Shown one piece after another: positions 1 through 9,882 of a stretch of 64,000 bases of DNA (within the stretch, counting starts at the first letter, position 1; each line of letters starts with the position of its first letter). The DNA comes from Candidatus Izemoplasmatales bacterium (GTDB lineage Bacteria; Bacillota_I; Bacilli_A; Izemoplasmatales; Hujiaoplasmataceae). The translations under genes and the position numbers were made by a program. The notes below the pieces were generated by a model. That model was not told where the DNA came from and made no database searches. It saw only the letters and a list, made by a program, of their open reading frames with translations. The DNA is taken from the NCBI GenBank assembly GCA_050949045.1, contig JBMNEZ010000001.1, positions 512,001 to 576,000 of the forward strand. The letters run 5' to 3'.

Positions 1-2
1 AT

Positions 3-1307
3 GGCGGCATAACATGGGGCCAGTGGGATGCAGAAGCGCGCGAGGGAAAGGGCATTGTTTTGATTCCCACCCAGGAAGAATGCGCAATCCCCGGTGGCAA
101 CAACGTGAAATCGGGATCTGTAGCATCACCTACTCAGTACTATGTCATCCGTTTGGCGGCAATTCGCGACGCATATAACGAAGTGAATTCCTGCGTAATG
201 AAGAACAACGCGACCTCGATGGAGTTCAATGTGACTGCCTTTGCAGGAGTTAACCAGAAATATGAGGTCAAATCGCCAGACACGAAAGACCTTTCGATTA
301 TCGGGTTTGATATTGGCTGGCCAAGCGAGGCTGACCTTGAAGGAATTGAATATGAAGAAGTAGAATCAACAACTCAATCATATGATCGTAGAGGACGGCT
401 TATTACAACAACTGTTTATCTACGCACGTATGTTTGCCCAACCTATAGGTATGTTGAGACTTGGAACCAACAAAAGACTCAAAGAACAAATCGAGAGTTG
501 TTGCCTCTTGTTGGACAAAATAACTTCACATTTGGTGGCTGGAAGGTTACTATTGCCGATACAGAAACAATGACTACGAAAACATATGCAAAACAGCCAG
601 GCAATGCTATTACATTCGCCATTGCCACTGCCAAATCAGGAACTTCACCGCTCAACAATTTTGTAACTGTCAACACCAATGCGCTCGGAGAAATGGATTT
701 GGACGTGACGGTCAGGGTAGACAGCTGGATAACAATACCTGCAACGATTAAGATCAATGCTATCAGCCGACTCGATGTAAACGGCGAAGCGATTGAAGCC
801 GGCGACGAATTTACGGTTGCCAAAGGCGGCGAAATTGTCGTTGATTCGGAATACTACAGGTATATGGATATGAGCAGCCTGTACAAACACGTTGTAGTTT
901 CCTCGTACAGCAGCAATGGTTCAACATTCATGGCACGTTGGGAAGACCAATCGGCATCCGACTACGCACAGATCAAGTACGATGCAGCTTTCTATGAAGA
1001 AAATCCCACCTATAAGAGAGAACCGAGCTACACGGTCACAATGGAAGATGGTTCAGCGCTTGTAGCTGGCATAACCGTAGAAGACATTCTCATTACACCT
1101 GTCGGATTTGCCGGCTTGAAGTATTCAAGCCAGATTGTTGACGGCATCAAGATCAAGGTTGCTAGCGACGCTGCTTCAGGAGAATACAAGATCAAGGTTG
1201 TTCTCAACACATATTCAACGAACAAGCCAACAGGCGGCAGCTGGTTCAATATTGGCAATGTCAGACTGACCACTGTTGAAGAAGTTATTACGATCGTAGT
1301 TCCATAG
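3..1307 (+). CDS. C-terminal part of a large beta-rich, probably extracellular/surface protein (5' end outside the window)
   Basis: Frame is open from position 3 (GGITWGQWDAEAREGKGIVLIPT...), upstream of the ORF-track TTG at 60. Thr/Ser/Val/Tyr-rich Ig-like sequence, followed by a strong hairpin. Confidence 0.7.
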   Translation, partial: GGITWGQWDAEAREGKGIVLIPTQEECAIPGGNNVKSGSVASPTQYYVIRLAAIRDAYNEVNSCVMKNNATSMEFNVTAFAGVNQKYEVKSPDTKDLSIIGFDIGWPSEADLEGIEYEEVESTTQSYDRRGRLITTTVYLRTYVCPTYRYVETWNQQKTQRTNRELLPLVGQNNFTFGGWKVTIADTETMTTKTYAKQPGNAITFAIATAKSGTSPLNNFVTVNTNALGEMDLDVTVRVDSWITIPATIKINAISRLDVNGEAIEAGDEFTVAKGGEIVVDSEYYRYMDMSSLYKHVVVSSYSSNGSTFMARWEDQSASDYAQIKYDAAFYEENPTYKREPSYTVTMEDGSALVAGITVEDILITPVGFAGLKYSSQIVDGIKIKVASDAASGEYKIKVVLNTYSTNKPTGGSWFNIGNVRLTTVEEVITIVVP

Positions 1308-1345
1308 TATTAGACATCAAGAAAAGTAAGACATAGTTGATTATT

Positions 1346-1379
1346 GACTCCGGCGGCGACTCAGTCGTCTGCCGGAGTC
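1346..1379 (+). terminator. GC-rich hairpin, probable terminator
   Basis: GACTCCGGC-GGCGAC-tca-GTCGTC-t-GCCGGAGTC about 40 nt after the stop codon; weak U tract. Confidence 0.6.
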
Positions 1380-1557
1380 TATAATTATTATCCGAACAGT
1401 ATACATTAAGCAATGATTGTTGTATGATTAGATTATGCAAATAATAACGATGTGGTAATTGAACATAAAACAGAATGTTGAAGATATTTTAAGTTTGAAA
1501 AAAAAGAAGAGAACCGAAAGTTGCAATTCTTAATATATAGGGAGTAGGAGAAAGAAA

Positions 1558-3033
1558 ATGAAAAAAAATCACAGAAAACCAATACTTATCATCGCGCTGA
1601 TACTTCTGCTGGGCGTTTTAGGCGCATGTGATGAGACAACAGACCCGCAAGTAACCAAGACGACGGCAGTTACGACGACCGTTTCCGGTGGAACGACCGT
1701 TTCCGGAACAAACCCAGACATCACGACTGTAACGAACGATGACCCGGTCCAAAAAGTTGTAAAATCCCTCGCTGTGGAGATAAAACCACAGGATTATTAT
1801 GTATCCGGCGATACTTTCAATCCTGAGGGCGGGGTTGTTCTGGTGACTTACACCGATGGTACAACAGAACAAAAGCCAATGAACTCAGACTTTTTTGAAA
1901 TTATAGCACCGGCGATGACAGCCACCGGAACCAAATTGGTGACAGTGAAAGTAAAAGGCGGAACAATTCAAGTCAAATTCCCCATCACAATCGGAGCGGG
2001 AATAAAAAAGGTAACCTACAACTACAACTATCAGGGCGCAGAGAATGAAGTTGTAGATGTGGTCAAAGGCAACACGGCAGAGGACAAAGTCCCCGTCCGT
2101 AGCGGATATACGCTTGTTGGTTGGTACATGGAAAAAGACTTCATAAGGCCATTTGATTTCAGTACAGGCATAACCGAGGACATTGAACTTTTCGCATTAT
2201 GGACAAAAGACGATGTTGAGCACTATGAGGTAACGTTTGATTACGATTACTATGGAGATAAAATAGTTAATTACAGTTATCCGGTTGACAGCGGGGCTCA
2301 AGTCGCAAGGCCAGTGGATCCAACAAGAGTCGGATACACATTTGACAAATGGCTTTTGGATTCAGCGGAATATAATTTTTCAAATCCCGTCACTGAAGCG
2401 ATAACGCTCAAGGCGAAATGGACAAAGAACAACAATGATGTAAAAACATATGTCTTTGAAGCGGAAGATACAGACCTTACGGGTAAGATAGGGCCTTCAT
2501 ACAGCGGAACGGTCCAAGAAAAGGCAATGATCGTCACAGCGCCTGCGAACAGAGGCTGCAGCAATGACAGGTTTGTGAGTTTTTTGTATCAGGAAGGTAA
2601 CTCCCTTGAATTTTTCATCGCATGCGATGAAGACTTAGACGACGTCACAATATATGTGAGGCTATCGGCGGAATGGGGCGAAGACTTTACCTACGATAAG
2701 AACAATTTCGGGATCTACATCATTAATGGTGGTGTAGAGACAAAAATAGATTACCCGGCAATCGAGATGAAAGACATACCCGAGCCGATCGATCCGGACA
2801 GACTAGACTGTCTGCCGTTCAAAGATTTCTCCTTGACTGAAGTTGGCATCAAGCTTTCGCTGAAAAAAGGCGCCAATACGATCCGGCTTGTGACAGAAAA
2901 CAGTATTCCATTTCCCGGTACGACGATGCTTGCGCATGCGCCGATTGTGGACTGCATCAAGATTGAAACGAAAGGTGTCGTCATTTGGGACGCAAACTTT
3001 AATTTGCCATTTTACGGTAACTATTTCAACTAA
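1558..3033 (+). CDS. Lipoprotein: Thr-rich linker, Ig-like domain, two InlB B-type (Listeria-Bacteroides) repeats, C-terminal CBM6/35-like domain
   Basis: Lipobox LGAC; YVSGDTFNPEGGVVLVTYTDGT (Big-type); two repeats with P.R.GYT...W...F...T..I.L.A.W; TYVFEAED...LKKGANTIRL...PIVDCIKI beta-sandwich pattern. Confidence 0.75.
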   Translation: MKKNHRKPILIIALILLLGVLGACDETTDPQVTKTTAVTTTVSGGTTVSGTNPDITTVTNDDPVQKVVKSLAVEIKPQDYYVSGDTFNPEGGVVLVTYTDGTTEQKPMNSDFFEIIAPAMTATGTKLVTVKVKGGTIQVKFPITIGAGIKKVTYNYNYQGAENEVVDVVKGNTAEDKVPVRSGYTLVGWYMEKDFIRPFDFSTGITEDIELFALWTKDDVEHYEVTFDYDYYGDKIVNYSYPVDSGAQVARPVDPTRVGYTFDKWLLDSAEYNFSNPVTEAITLKAKWTKNNNDVKTYVFEAEDTDLTGKIGPSYSGTVQEKAMIVTAPANRGCSNDRFVSFLYQEGNSLEFFIACDEDLDDVTIYVRLSAEWGEDFTYDKNNFGIYIINGGVETKIDYPAIEMKDIPEPIDPDRLDCLPFKDFSLTEVGIKLSLKKGANTIRLVTENSIPFPGTTMLAHAPIVDCIKIETKGVVIWDANFNLPFYGNYFN

Positions 3034-3050
3034 TGGGAAGGTAAGATAAG

Positions 3051-6029
3051 ATGTTTGAAAAGTTTAGAAAAAAGCGAAAGGTATTGCTTATCGTCACGGC
3101 AGTAGCAGTCGCTTTGGTTCTGGCAGTCAATATACTATCGACAACCGTATTTTATGATTTAGTATGCTTGGTGATGGGGAGACCGAGGCCGGTTTACGCA
3201 GACGATGTAACTTCAATGTACATACCGGAAGCGACAAGTAAAACGGAAGCGTTTTTAAATGCCGCAGAAATGAACATAGAGGTATGCAAGGAAGGCTTTG
3301 TGCTTCTAAAGAATGAAAACGATGCATTGCCGATCAAGAAAAACCTGAAAGTGAGTGTATTTGGCAAAAACAGCGTAAATCTGGCGTATTCAGGCAGTGG
3401 TTCCGGAGGATTCGCCGTTGAACCGAACAGCGCTTTGTTTAAGCGCATGAGCGCAAACGGTATCGATCTCGCGAATAAAACCTTGTTTGATGCGTTAGAA
3501 GGCTATTGCAATTACAATCCGACACTGAAGAATTTCTATGAGGACGACCAGGCATCGGGTCCGGACCGATCCGGTTCGAATGTCGACCTCGACAGCGGGG
3601 ACGACAAGATTTATACGGTAGGGGAGACACCTGCGAGCATGTACACAGGCTCGGTGGTCGCCAGCTACGAAAAATACAAGGACCTTGCGTTGGTGGTAAT
3701 CACCCGGATTGGCGGCGAAGGGGCGGACCTGCCCCGGCACCAGGGCAACAGTGCCGGAGCGGTGAGCGAAGATAGCCACTATTTGGAATTGGATCAAAAT
3801 GAAATTGATATGTTCGAGCATATCAAGGCATCCGGATTCCAAAAGATAGTGGTGTTGCTCAATATTCCCTCAGCGATGGAAGCGGACTTCTTGTTTGACA
3901 GCGAAAAATTCCCCTTTGCGGACGACATTGACGCTGCACTGTGGATAGGCTACACGGGAAAACAGGGGATTATGGCTTTAGGGCCGATTTTAACAGGAGA
4001 GGTTTCGCCCAGCGGGAAAACCGTCGACACCTGGGCAAGAGATTTTTTGGCTGATCCGTCATCGATAAACTTCGGGACGGGTATCGACCAAGCCCAGGTA
4101 ACGAATCCATTGACTTCAAAAAAGCAACCATCTGACAAGTACTATCAAGGTTTGTACTATTTCGTAACCTATGAAGAAGGTGTCTATGTAGGCTATCGTT
4201 ATTATGAAACGAGAGGCTTTACGGATGGGGAGGACTGGTACGAACAAAATGTTGTCTTCCCGTTTGGCTACGGTTTAAGTTATACGACATTTGAATGGAC
4301 AATCTTGCCATCCGCAGCCACTTCCTTTACGAAAGACAGCGAGATATCAATTTCTGTCGAAGTGAAAAACACAGGAACGGTTCCCGGGAAAGAAGTAGTG
4401 CAAGTATACGCTAGCGCTCCATACACGGAGGGCGGAATCGAAAAAGCGCACAAAGTATTGGTGGGCTTCGCCAAAACCAAATTGCTTAATCCGAGACAAA
4501 AGGAAACGTTGACAATAACCATAGACCCGTATGATTTTGCAAGTTACGACGATCGCGACGCCAACAACAACGGTTTTTGCGGCTATGAGTTGGAAAGCGG
4601 CGATTACGATTTTTATATTTCGCGTGATGCGCATCGTTCTGAAGGCAAGATCACACTGAACCTGGCAACCGATGCCCGCTTCGAAAAAGATAACGTCACA
4701 AACAATGTAGTGGGAAACCGCTATATAAAACAAAACAACGTAACCGCAACCGACATTACCGGATTAAGCGATATTGACGCTCCGCTTGACAGAGTGCTGT
4801 CCCGGAGCGACTGGACCGGCACCTGGCCGACGCCGATAACGGACGACGACAGGCACGCCAGCCCAGGCTTGATCAACGAACTGAAAAACGTCAATACAAA
4901 TAATCCCAACGACTACTATGACACGGAAAAGTATGAATATGCTGTTTTCGACCAGGAGGCAACTGTCCAAGTAAGAGACCTGCTTCCGGCTGAAACACCC
5001 GAAGAGAGTTGGAGGCCTTTTGTCGATTATGATGATGAGCGCTGGCAAACGATCCTGGATGCTTGCAATGCGTCCAACCTTATTGAAGTTTACAATCAGG
5101 CAGCCTATCAGACAAAAGTAATCAGGAATGTGGGCATGCCCGCGACATTGCAAGCAGATGGTCCGAGCGGATTCACTTGTTTTATGAACAAAGAACAAAT
5201 CAGCGGGACGAACCAGTATTGTAGCGAGCCGGTCTTCGCATCGACTTGGAACGTGGAATTGATTGAAAGATTGGGCAAAACAATCGGCGAGGAAGGCATT
5301 TGGGGTTACGATATAACCGGCCAACCATATTCCTCAATCTACGCGCCGGGAGTCAATATTCACCGCAGTCAGTTTGGTGGGCGCTGTTCGGAATACTTTT
5401 CTGAAGATCCCTTTATGACGGGTAAGATGGCCGCGGCCGAGATACGCGGCTTGCAAAGCAAGGGCGTTGTTCCGATGATAAAGCATTTTGCCGTCAACGA
5501 ACAAGAAACGCACCGCAGCATAAATGGCGATTGTAGTTGGCTAACCGAACAAAGCTTGCGGGAAATCTATCTTAAGGCCTTTGAAATTGCGATAAAGGAT
5601 AGCGATTGCCGGGGGTTGATGACATCATTCAATCGCATCGGCACGATGTGGACGGGCGGCGACTATCGTCTTCTCACAGAGATTCTTCGCGATGAATGGG
5701 GCTTCAAGGGCTGCATTATCTGCGACTTCAACACCTGTCCCGAGCATATGAACGGAAGGCAGATGGCATACGCCGGAGGAGATCTCAATCTTCAAACAAA
5801 CGGCGGCGGCACCTTCGATTTTGATGAAAGTGACAACGGCGATGCGATCGTTCTTCAGACTGCGATGAAAAACACGATGTATGCTTTGGTAAACAGCAAC
5901 GCGATGAACGGTGAAATTATCGACTATAAACTTCCTGTATGGGTAGTGCCGATGATAATAGTTGATGTTGTCGTCACCCTGGTAAGCGCCGCTGTTGTCT
6001 TCCTTTGTTTTTACAAGAAAAAAGGCTGA
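3051..6029 (+). CDS. Glycoside hydrolase family 3 (beta-glucosidase/xylosidase-like), swapped domain order, TM helices at both ends
   Basis: EGFVLLKN, SPSGKTVDTW, YEEGVYVGYRYYET, FPFGYGLSYTTF and Fn3-like GKEVVQVY come first. The catalytic barrel follows: ADGP, APGVNIHR, GRCSEYFSEDP, KHF, LREIYL, IICDF. Confidence 0.92.
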   Translation: MFEKFRKKRKVLLIVTAVAVALVLAVNILSTTVFYDLVCLVMGRPRPVYADDVTSMYIPEATSKTEAFLNAAEMNIEVCKEGFVLLKNENDALPIKKNLKVSVFGKNSVNLAYSGSGSGGFAVEPNSALFKRMSANGIDLANKTLFDALEGYCNYNPTLKNFYEDDQASGPDRSGSNVDLDSGDDKIYTVGETPASMYTGSVVASYEKYKDLALVVITRIGGEGADLPRHQGNSAGAVSEDSHYLELDQNEIDMFEHIKASGFQKIVVLLNIPSAMEADFLFDSEKFPFADDIDAALWIGYTGKQGIMALGPILTGEVSPSGKTVDTWARDFLADPSSINFGTGIDQAQVTNPLTSKKQPSDKYYQGLYYFVTYEEGVYVGYRYYETRGFTDGEDWYEQNVVFPFGYGLSYTTFEWTILPSAATSFTKDSEISISVEVKNTGTVPGKEVVQVYASAPYTEGGIEKAHKVLVGFAKTKLLNPRQKETLTITIDPYDFASYDDRDANNNGFCGYELESGDYDFYISRDAHRSEGKITLNLATDARFEKDNVTNNVVGNRYIKQNNVTATDITGLSDIDAPLDRVLSRSDWTGTWPTPITDDDRHASPGLINELKNVNTNNPNDYYDTEKYEYAVFDQEATVQVRDLLPAETPEESWRPFVDYDDERWQTILDACNASNLIEVYNQAAYQTKVIRNVGMPATLQADGPSGFTCFMNKEQISGTNQYCSEPVFASTWNVELIERLGKTIGEEGIWGYDITGQPYSSIYAPGVNIHRSQFGGRCSEYFSEDPFMTGKMAAAEIRGLQSKGVVPMIKHFAVNEQETHRSINGDCSWLTEQSLREIYLKAFEIAIKDSDCRGLMTSFNRIGTMWTGGDYRLLTEILRDEWGFKGCIICDFNTCPEHMNGRQMAYAGGDLNLQTNGGGTFDFDESDNGDAIVLQTAMKNTMYALVNSNAMNGEIIDYKLPVWVVPMIIVDVVVTLVSAAVVFLCFYKKKG

Positions 6030-6130
6030 TTTACACCTAAAAACCAAGACACATTATCAGTAAAAGCACTTTGTAATTAGTATGGCACTCATAAATATAA
6101 AGTAATGAGTTTGTCAATCATATTGCTTGT

Positions 6131-6166
6131 TAATTTCCTATGGGAGCCTTTTCCCATAGGAAATTA
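6131..6166 (+). terminator. Intrinsic terminator
   Basis: TAATTTCCTATGGGA-gccttt-TCCCATAGGAAATTA followed by TCTTTTT. Confidence 0.75.
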
Positions 6167-6229
6167 TCTTTTTAATTCATTATGTAACTTAACTATCGTT
6201 TATCAAGCAATGATGGGAGAAAAAACACC

Positions 6230-6763
6230 ATGGATGATTTATGTAAAATCCTGTTTCAGCACCGTGACAGTTATCCTTTGATGACTTTCAATGATTATTT
6301 AAAACTCATTTACCAGAATACCTTCGGGCCACGACATTTCGTTGAGAGTCCCGATCGAAACAGGATCATCGATGAAATCAAAAAGGAGACAAAACTCTAT
6401 AAGGATGGCTCACGCCAGGGGGTCGTCGATATCGGCTTTGGCTATGTCAGAGTTGATTTGACCTTGATCAAAGAAAACAAACTTACGGTAGAAGAGCTAG
6501 GGCAGGCTTTTATCCGTTCGGGCGAAAACCCGCTGACCCGAGATAACTATCTCGTGTTTCGGGAGAGAACGGTGGCGCTTCTTAGGCTGGTCGAGGAAGG
6601 TTCGATCCCTGTCTCTGTCATCAATGCTCGGAAGACTATGACGACGATCGACTTTGAAAACCCTACTCCTATTTCGCACAGCTTGCAGTATCGAAAGGCT
6701 TATAAACCTCATTACCGGGTCGTGAAAACAGAGAACTTGCCAAAAATACAAAGCATCCGTTAA
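6230..6763 (+). CDS. Conserved-looking hypothetical protein
   Basis: RBS GGGAGA. Motifs YPLM...D.LKLIYQN.FGP.H and HS..YR..Y.P.YRVV resemble a Firmicutes hypothetical family; no function assigned. Confidence 0.7.
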   Translation: MDDLCKILFQHRDSYPLMTFNDYLKLIYQNTFGPRHFVESPDRNRIIDEIKKETKLYKDGSRQGVVDIGFGYVRVDLTLIKENKLTVEELGQAFIRSGENPLTRDNYLVFRERTVALLRLVEEGSIPVSVINARKTMTTIDFENPTPISHSLQYRKAYKPHYRVVKTENLPKIQSIR

Positions 6764-7163
6764 TGATTATTTATTGTCAGATAACGGTGGTATAATGATT
6801 ACAGAACAGCCAAGGTGGAAATAGAGAACAAAAACTAAGAACACCTGCGCCCGCTATGCGCCTAGAAACGGTTGACATATGAGGACTGTCATTGACTTTG
6901 ACAATTTGGCGTGATAGAATCGGTTTAATAATAAACACCGTTACATATACAAAAGATTTTTATTTACTGTATTTGGATTCATCACCATTTTGGCCGATTA
7001 AAAGAGATTTGGGGTTCGAGTTTTTTACCATGTAATGATACAAACTGGGCTGTCCTTGCTTTGAAAGTTGGTATATTACAGTGTGTCTTAGAGACGATGT
7101 TAGATACAAAGAGCATCTTGACTTGCCAAATTGATTTTCGAGAACAATCATACGGAGGGGTAC

Positions 7164-8561
7164 ATGAAATCATTTATCCATGAGGATTTTTTGCTTAATA
7201 GTGAGGTTGCGAAATACCTCTATCATAATCATGCAAAAAAGTTGTCGATCATCGACTTTCATTGCCACCTCAATCCGAAAGAAATTTATGAGGATAAGGG
7301 TTCACTAAACATCGTTGATGTCTGGCTTTCCGGAGATCATTACAAATGGCGATTAATGCGTGCTAACGGTGTCGACGAATCATATATTACCGGTGAGAAG
7401 CCATATCCCGAGAAATTTAAAAAATGGGCAGAAGTTGTCGAATTATTGCTTGGGAATCCACTTTACCATTGGACACATCTCGAACTCAAGCGTTTTTTTT
7501 GGCATTGATCGTCTGCTAGGACCGGACACCGCCATGAATATCTATAAGGAGACAAACGAAAAACTCGCCAAGTTATCGCCGAGGAAATTGATCGAGATGG
7601 CAAATGTCGAGTTGATTTGCACTACCGATGATCCCATTGACGATCTCAGGTGGCACGAATTGCTTGCCTCTGATAAGACAATGAAAACCAAAGTGTTGCC
7701 GACATTTCGTCCTGACAAGGGCATCAATATCGAACTCACAGGTTTTTCTGATTGGATTAGCTCGCTTGCGATGGTTGTCGGTTATGAGATCAAAGAACTT
7801 GAAACCTTCAAACGCGTCTTGGCGGAACGGATCGTTTTTTTCCATAAACACGGCTGCCGGCTGTCAGACCACGCACTCGACTTTGTCAACTATGAGATGA
7901 CAACCACCGAAGAGGTGGCGCTGATTTTTGAGAAAGCTCTGCGCAAGGAAACTTTGAGTCAATCCGAGATTCGCAAGTTTAAAGGACACCTGCTCGTCTA
8001 TCTCGGGCGTTTATATCACAAGTATGGTTGGATTCAGCAATACCATATCGGAGCGCTTCGCAATGTATCTTCAAGAATGTATAGAGAAATTGGTCCTGAC
8101 GCGGGCTACGATTCGATCAATGACAGCTTGATCGCACTGCCATTGTCCCAACTGCTCAATGCTCTTGACGAAACGAAAGAACTGCCGAAAACGATTCTCT
8201 ATACCTTGAACCCGAGCGATTACGAAGTTGCCATTACATTGATGCAAGCCTTTCAGGGCGACAATATCCCTGGAAAGATCCAGTTTGGTGCACCTTGGTG
8301 GTTCCTTGACAACATTGATGGCATCTTCAAACAATTGAAAGCGCTCGGTAACAACGCTTTGCTCGCGCGCTTTGTGGGGATACTTACGGATTCAAGAAGT
8401 TTTTTCTCTCTTATCCCCGCCACGAGTATTTTCGACGCATCTTGTGCGATTTTGTCGGTAGTGAGGTCGTAGCGGGACACTTCCCCGAAAATCTGCCTTT
8501 ACTCGGGAGAATGGTCGAAGATATCTCATACTATAATGCTAAGAACTACTTCAATTTTTAA
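7164..8561 (+). pseudogene. uxaC: Uronate isomerase, interrupted by two frameshifts in T runs
   Basis: [11 protein letters not shown]...IIDFHCHL...[13 protein letters not shown]...[14 protein letters not shown]. Shift at T8 (7493-7500), then CTTDDP...PTFRPDK...QFGAPWWF...TDSRS. Shift at the T run 8400-8405, then [14 protein letters not shown]...[13 protein letters not shown] stop. Confidence 0.9.
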
Positions 8562-8713
8562 TCTGGAACCCTTACATCAAAGCCGACCTCCAATCGATTT
8601 CTGCTCTCCTTCCCTATCTTCTTTCCTAGGCTTCGAGACATTCATAGAGATGCCGGAAAGGGGCGGATTGGCTTTTCATCATACCGCTAAGCATAACCAT
8701 TTACGATATTTAA

Positions 8714-8753
8714 CAAAAAAACAAGGATTGATCAATTGCCCTTGTTTTTTTTG
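8714..8753. terminator. Bidirectional terminator between convergent uxaC and pdxS
   Basis: CAAAAAAACAAGG...CCTTGTTTTTTTTG inverted repeat with A and T tracts. Confidence 0.7.
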
Positions 8754-8760
8754 ATAATCT

Positions 8761-8900
8761 TCATGCATTGGCACAAACGGTTTGTAGATATTGGTGTTCA
8801 GTAAATTTCGGGTTGGAAAGTGGTGGCGAGTAAGAATAGACTCCCATAAGTGGTTTCAAACTATGGAGATTGCGTATCAATCAGATGGATCTTGATGATG
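8761..8900 (-). pseudogene. pdxT: Decayed remnant of the PLP synthase glutaminase subunit
   Basis: Immediately 3' of pdxS the minus strand reads TYGSLFLLATTFQPEI, then after a 1-nt shift TEHQYLQ. This matches the PdxT C-terminal motif (G)N.LATSFHPELT with His changed to Gln. Confidence 0.55.
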
Positions 8901-8902
8901 AT

Positions 8903-9778
8903 CTATTCCCCGCGCTTCGCCATTATCAAATCGATTTCTGATTCATTGATACCAACCATTGCCTCACCGAGATTTTCCGAGATTTCAGCGAGGATCTGTG
9001 GATTATTATAGTTTTTGACAGCCTTGACGATTGCCTGTGCTCTTTTGGCGGGATCGCCTGATTTGAAGATGCCCGAGCCGACGAAAACGCCTTCGGCCCC
9101 AAGTTGCATCATCAAAGCCGCATCAGCGGGTGTGGCAATGCCTCCGGCGGCTAAATTGACGACCGGCAATTTGCCATTTTCATGGACATATTTAACGAGA
9201 TCAAAGCTGACGCGGAGTTCTTTAGCGGCCTCGAACAGCTCATCTTCGCGTAAGGAGGCGAGTTCGCGGATTTGTTTTTGAATCAAGCGCAGGTGCCTAA
9301 CTGCCTGAATGATGTCGCCGGTGCCCGGCTCGCCCTTGGTCCGGATCATCGATGCGCCTTCGGCGATCCTTCGAAGCGCTTCACCAAGGTCTTTAGCGCC
9401 GCAAACGAATGGTACCTTGAACAAAGTCTTGTCAATGTGATAAATATCATCGGCGGGAGACAAGACTTCGCTCTCATCGACAAAATCGATCTTGAGGGCT
9501 TCGAGGATCTGGGCCTCAACGAAATGGCCGATCCTGACCTTGGCCATGACCGGGATTGAAACTGCGGCCTGGATCTCTTTAATCAACTTTGGGTCGCTCA
9601 TTCTGGAGACGCCGCCGGCAGCTCTGATATCGGCGGGAATCCGTTCGAGAGCCATGACGGCACATGCGCCGGCTGCCTCGGCGATCAATGCCTGTTCCTT
9701 GGAGGTGACGTCCATAATGACGCCGCCTTTCAGAGTTTGGGCAAATTGTCTGTTCGATTCGAATCTTTTACTGGTCAT
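8903..9778 (-). CDS. pdxS: Pyridoxal 5'-phosphate synthase, synthase subunit
   Basis: [60 protein letters not shown]. Confidence 0.97.
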   Translation of the reverse strand: MTSKRFESNRQFAQTLKGGVIMDVTSKEQALIAEAAGACAVMALERIPADIRAAGGVSRMSDPKLIKEIQAAVSIPVMAKVRIGHFVEAQILEALKIDFVDESEVLSPADDIYHIDKTLFKVPFVCGAKDLGEALRRIAEGASMIRTKGEPGTGDIIQAVRHLRLIQKQIRELASLREDELFEAAKELRVSFDLVKYVHENGKLPVVNLAAGGIATPADAALMMQLGAEGVFVGSGIFKSGDPAKRAQAIVKAVKNYNNPQILAEISENLGEAMVGINESEIDLIMAKRGE

Positions 9779-9829
9779 AGTTGTCGCTCCTCTTGACTAA
9801 TTCATTTTCATCAACTATATTATACATAA

Positions 9830-9879
9830 ATCTGGTGTTATAATAAGTCCCAAAATATGATTAATCATACAGACCAGAT
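9830..9879. promoter_or_regulatory. Probable PdxR operator in the divergent pdxS/pdxR promoter
   Basis: Inverted ATCTGGT (9830-9836) and ACCAGAT (9873-9879) flank a TATAAT and the palindrome TATGATTAATCATA (9856-9869). Confidence 0.5.
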
Positions 9880-9882
9880 GAG

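Noticed and set aside
6800..6900. T-box-like AAGGTGGAA upstream of uxaC
   Set aside because: Lacks the GGTGGNACC(G)CG continuation, stem I motifs and terminator; gene context does not fit.
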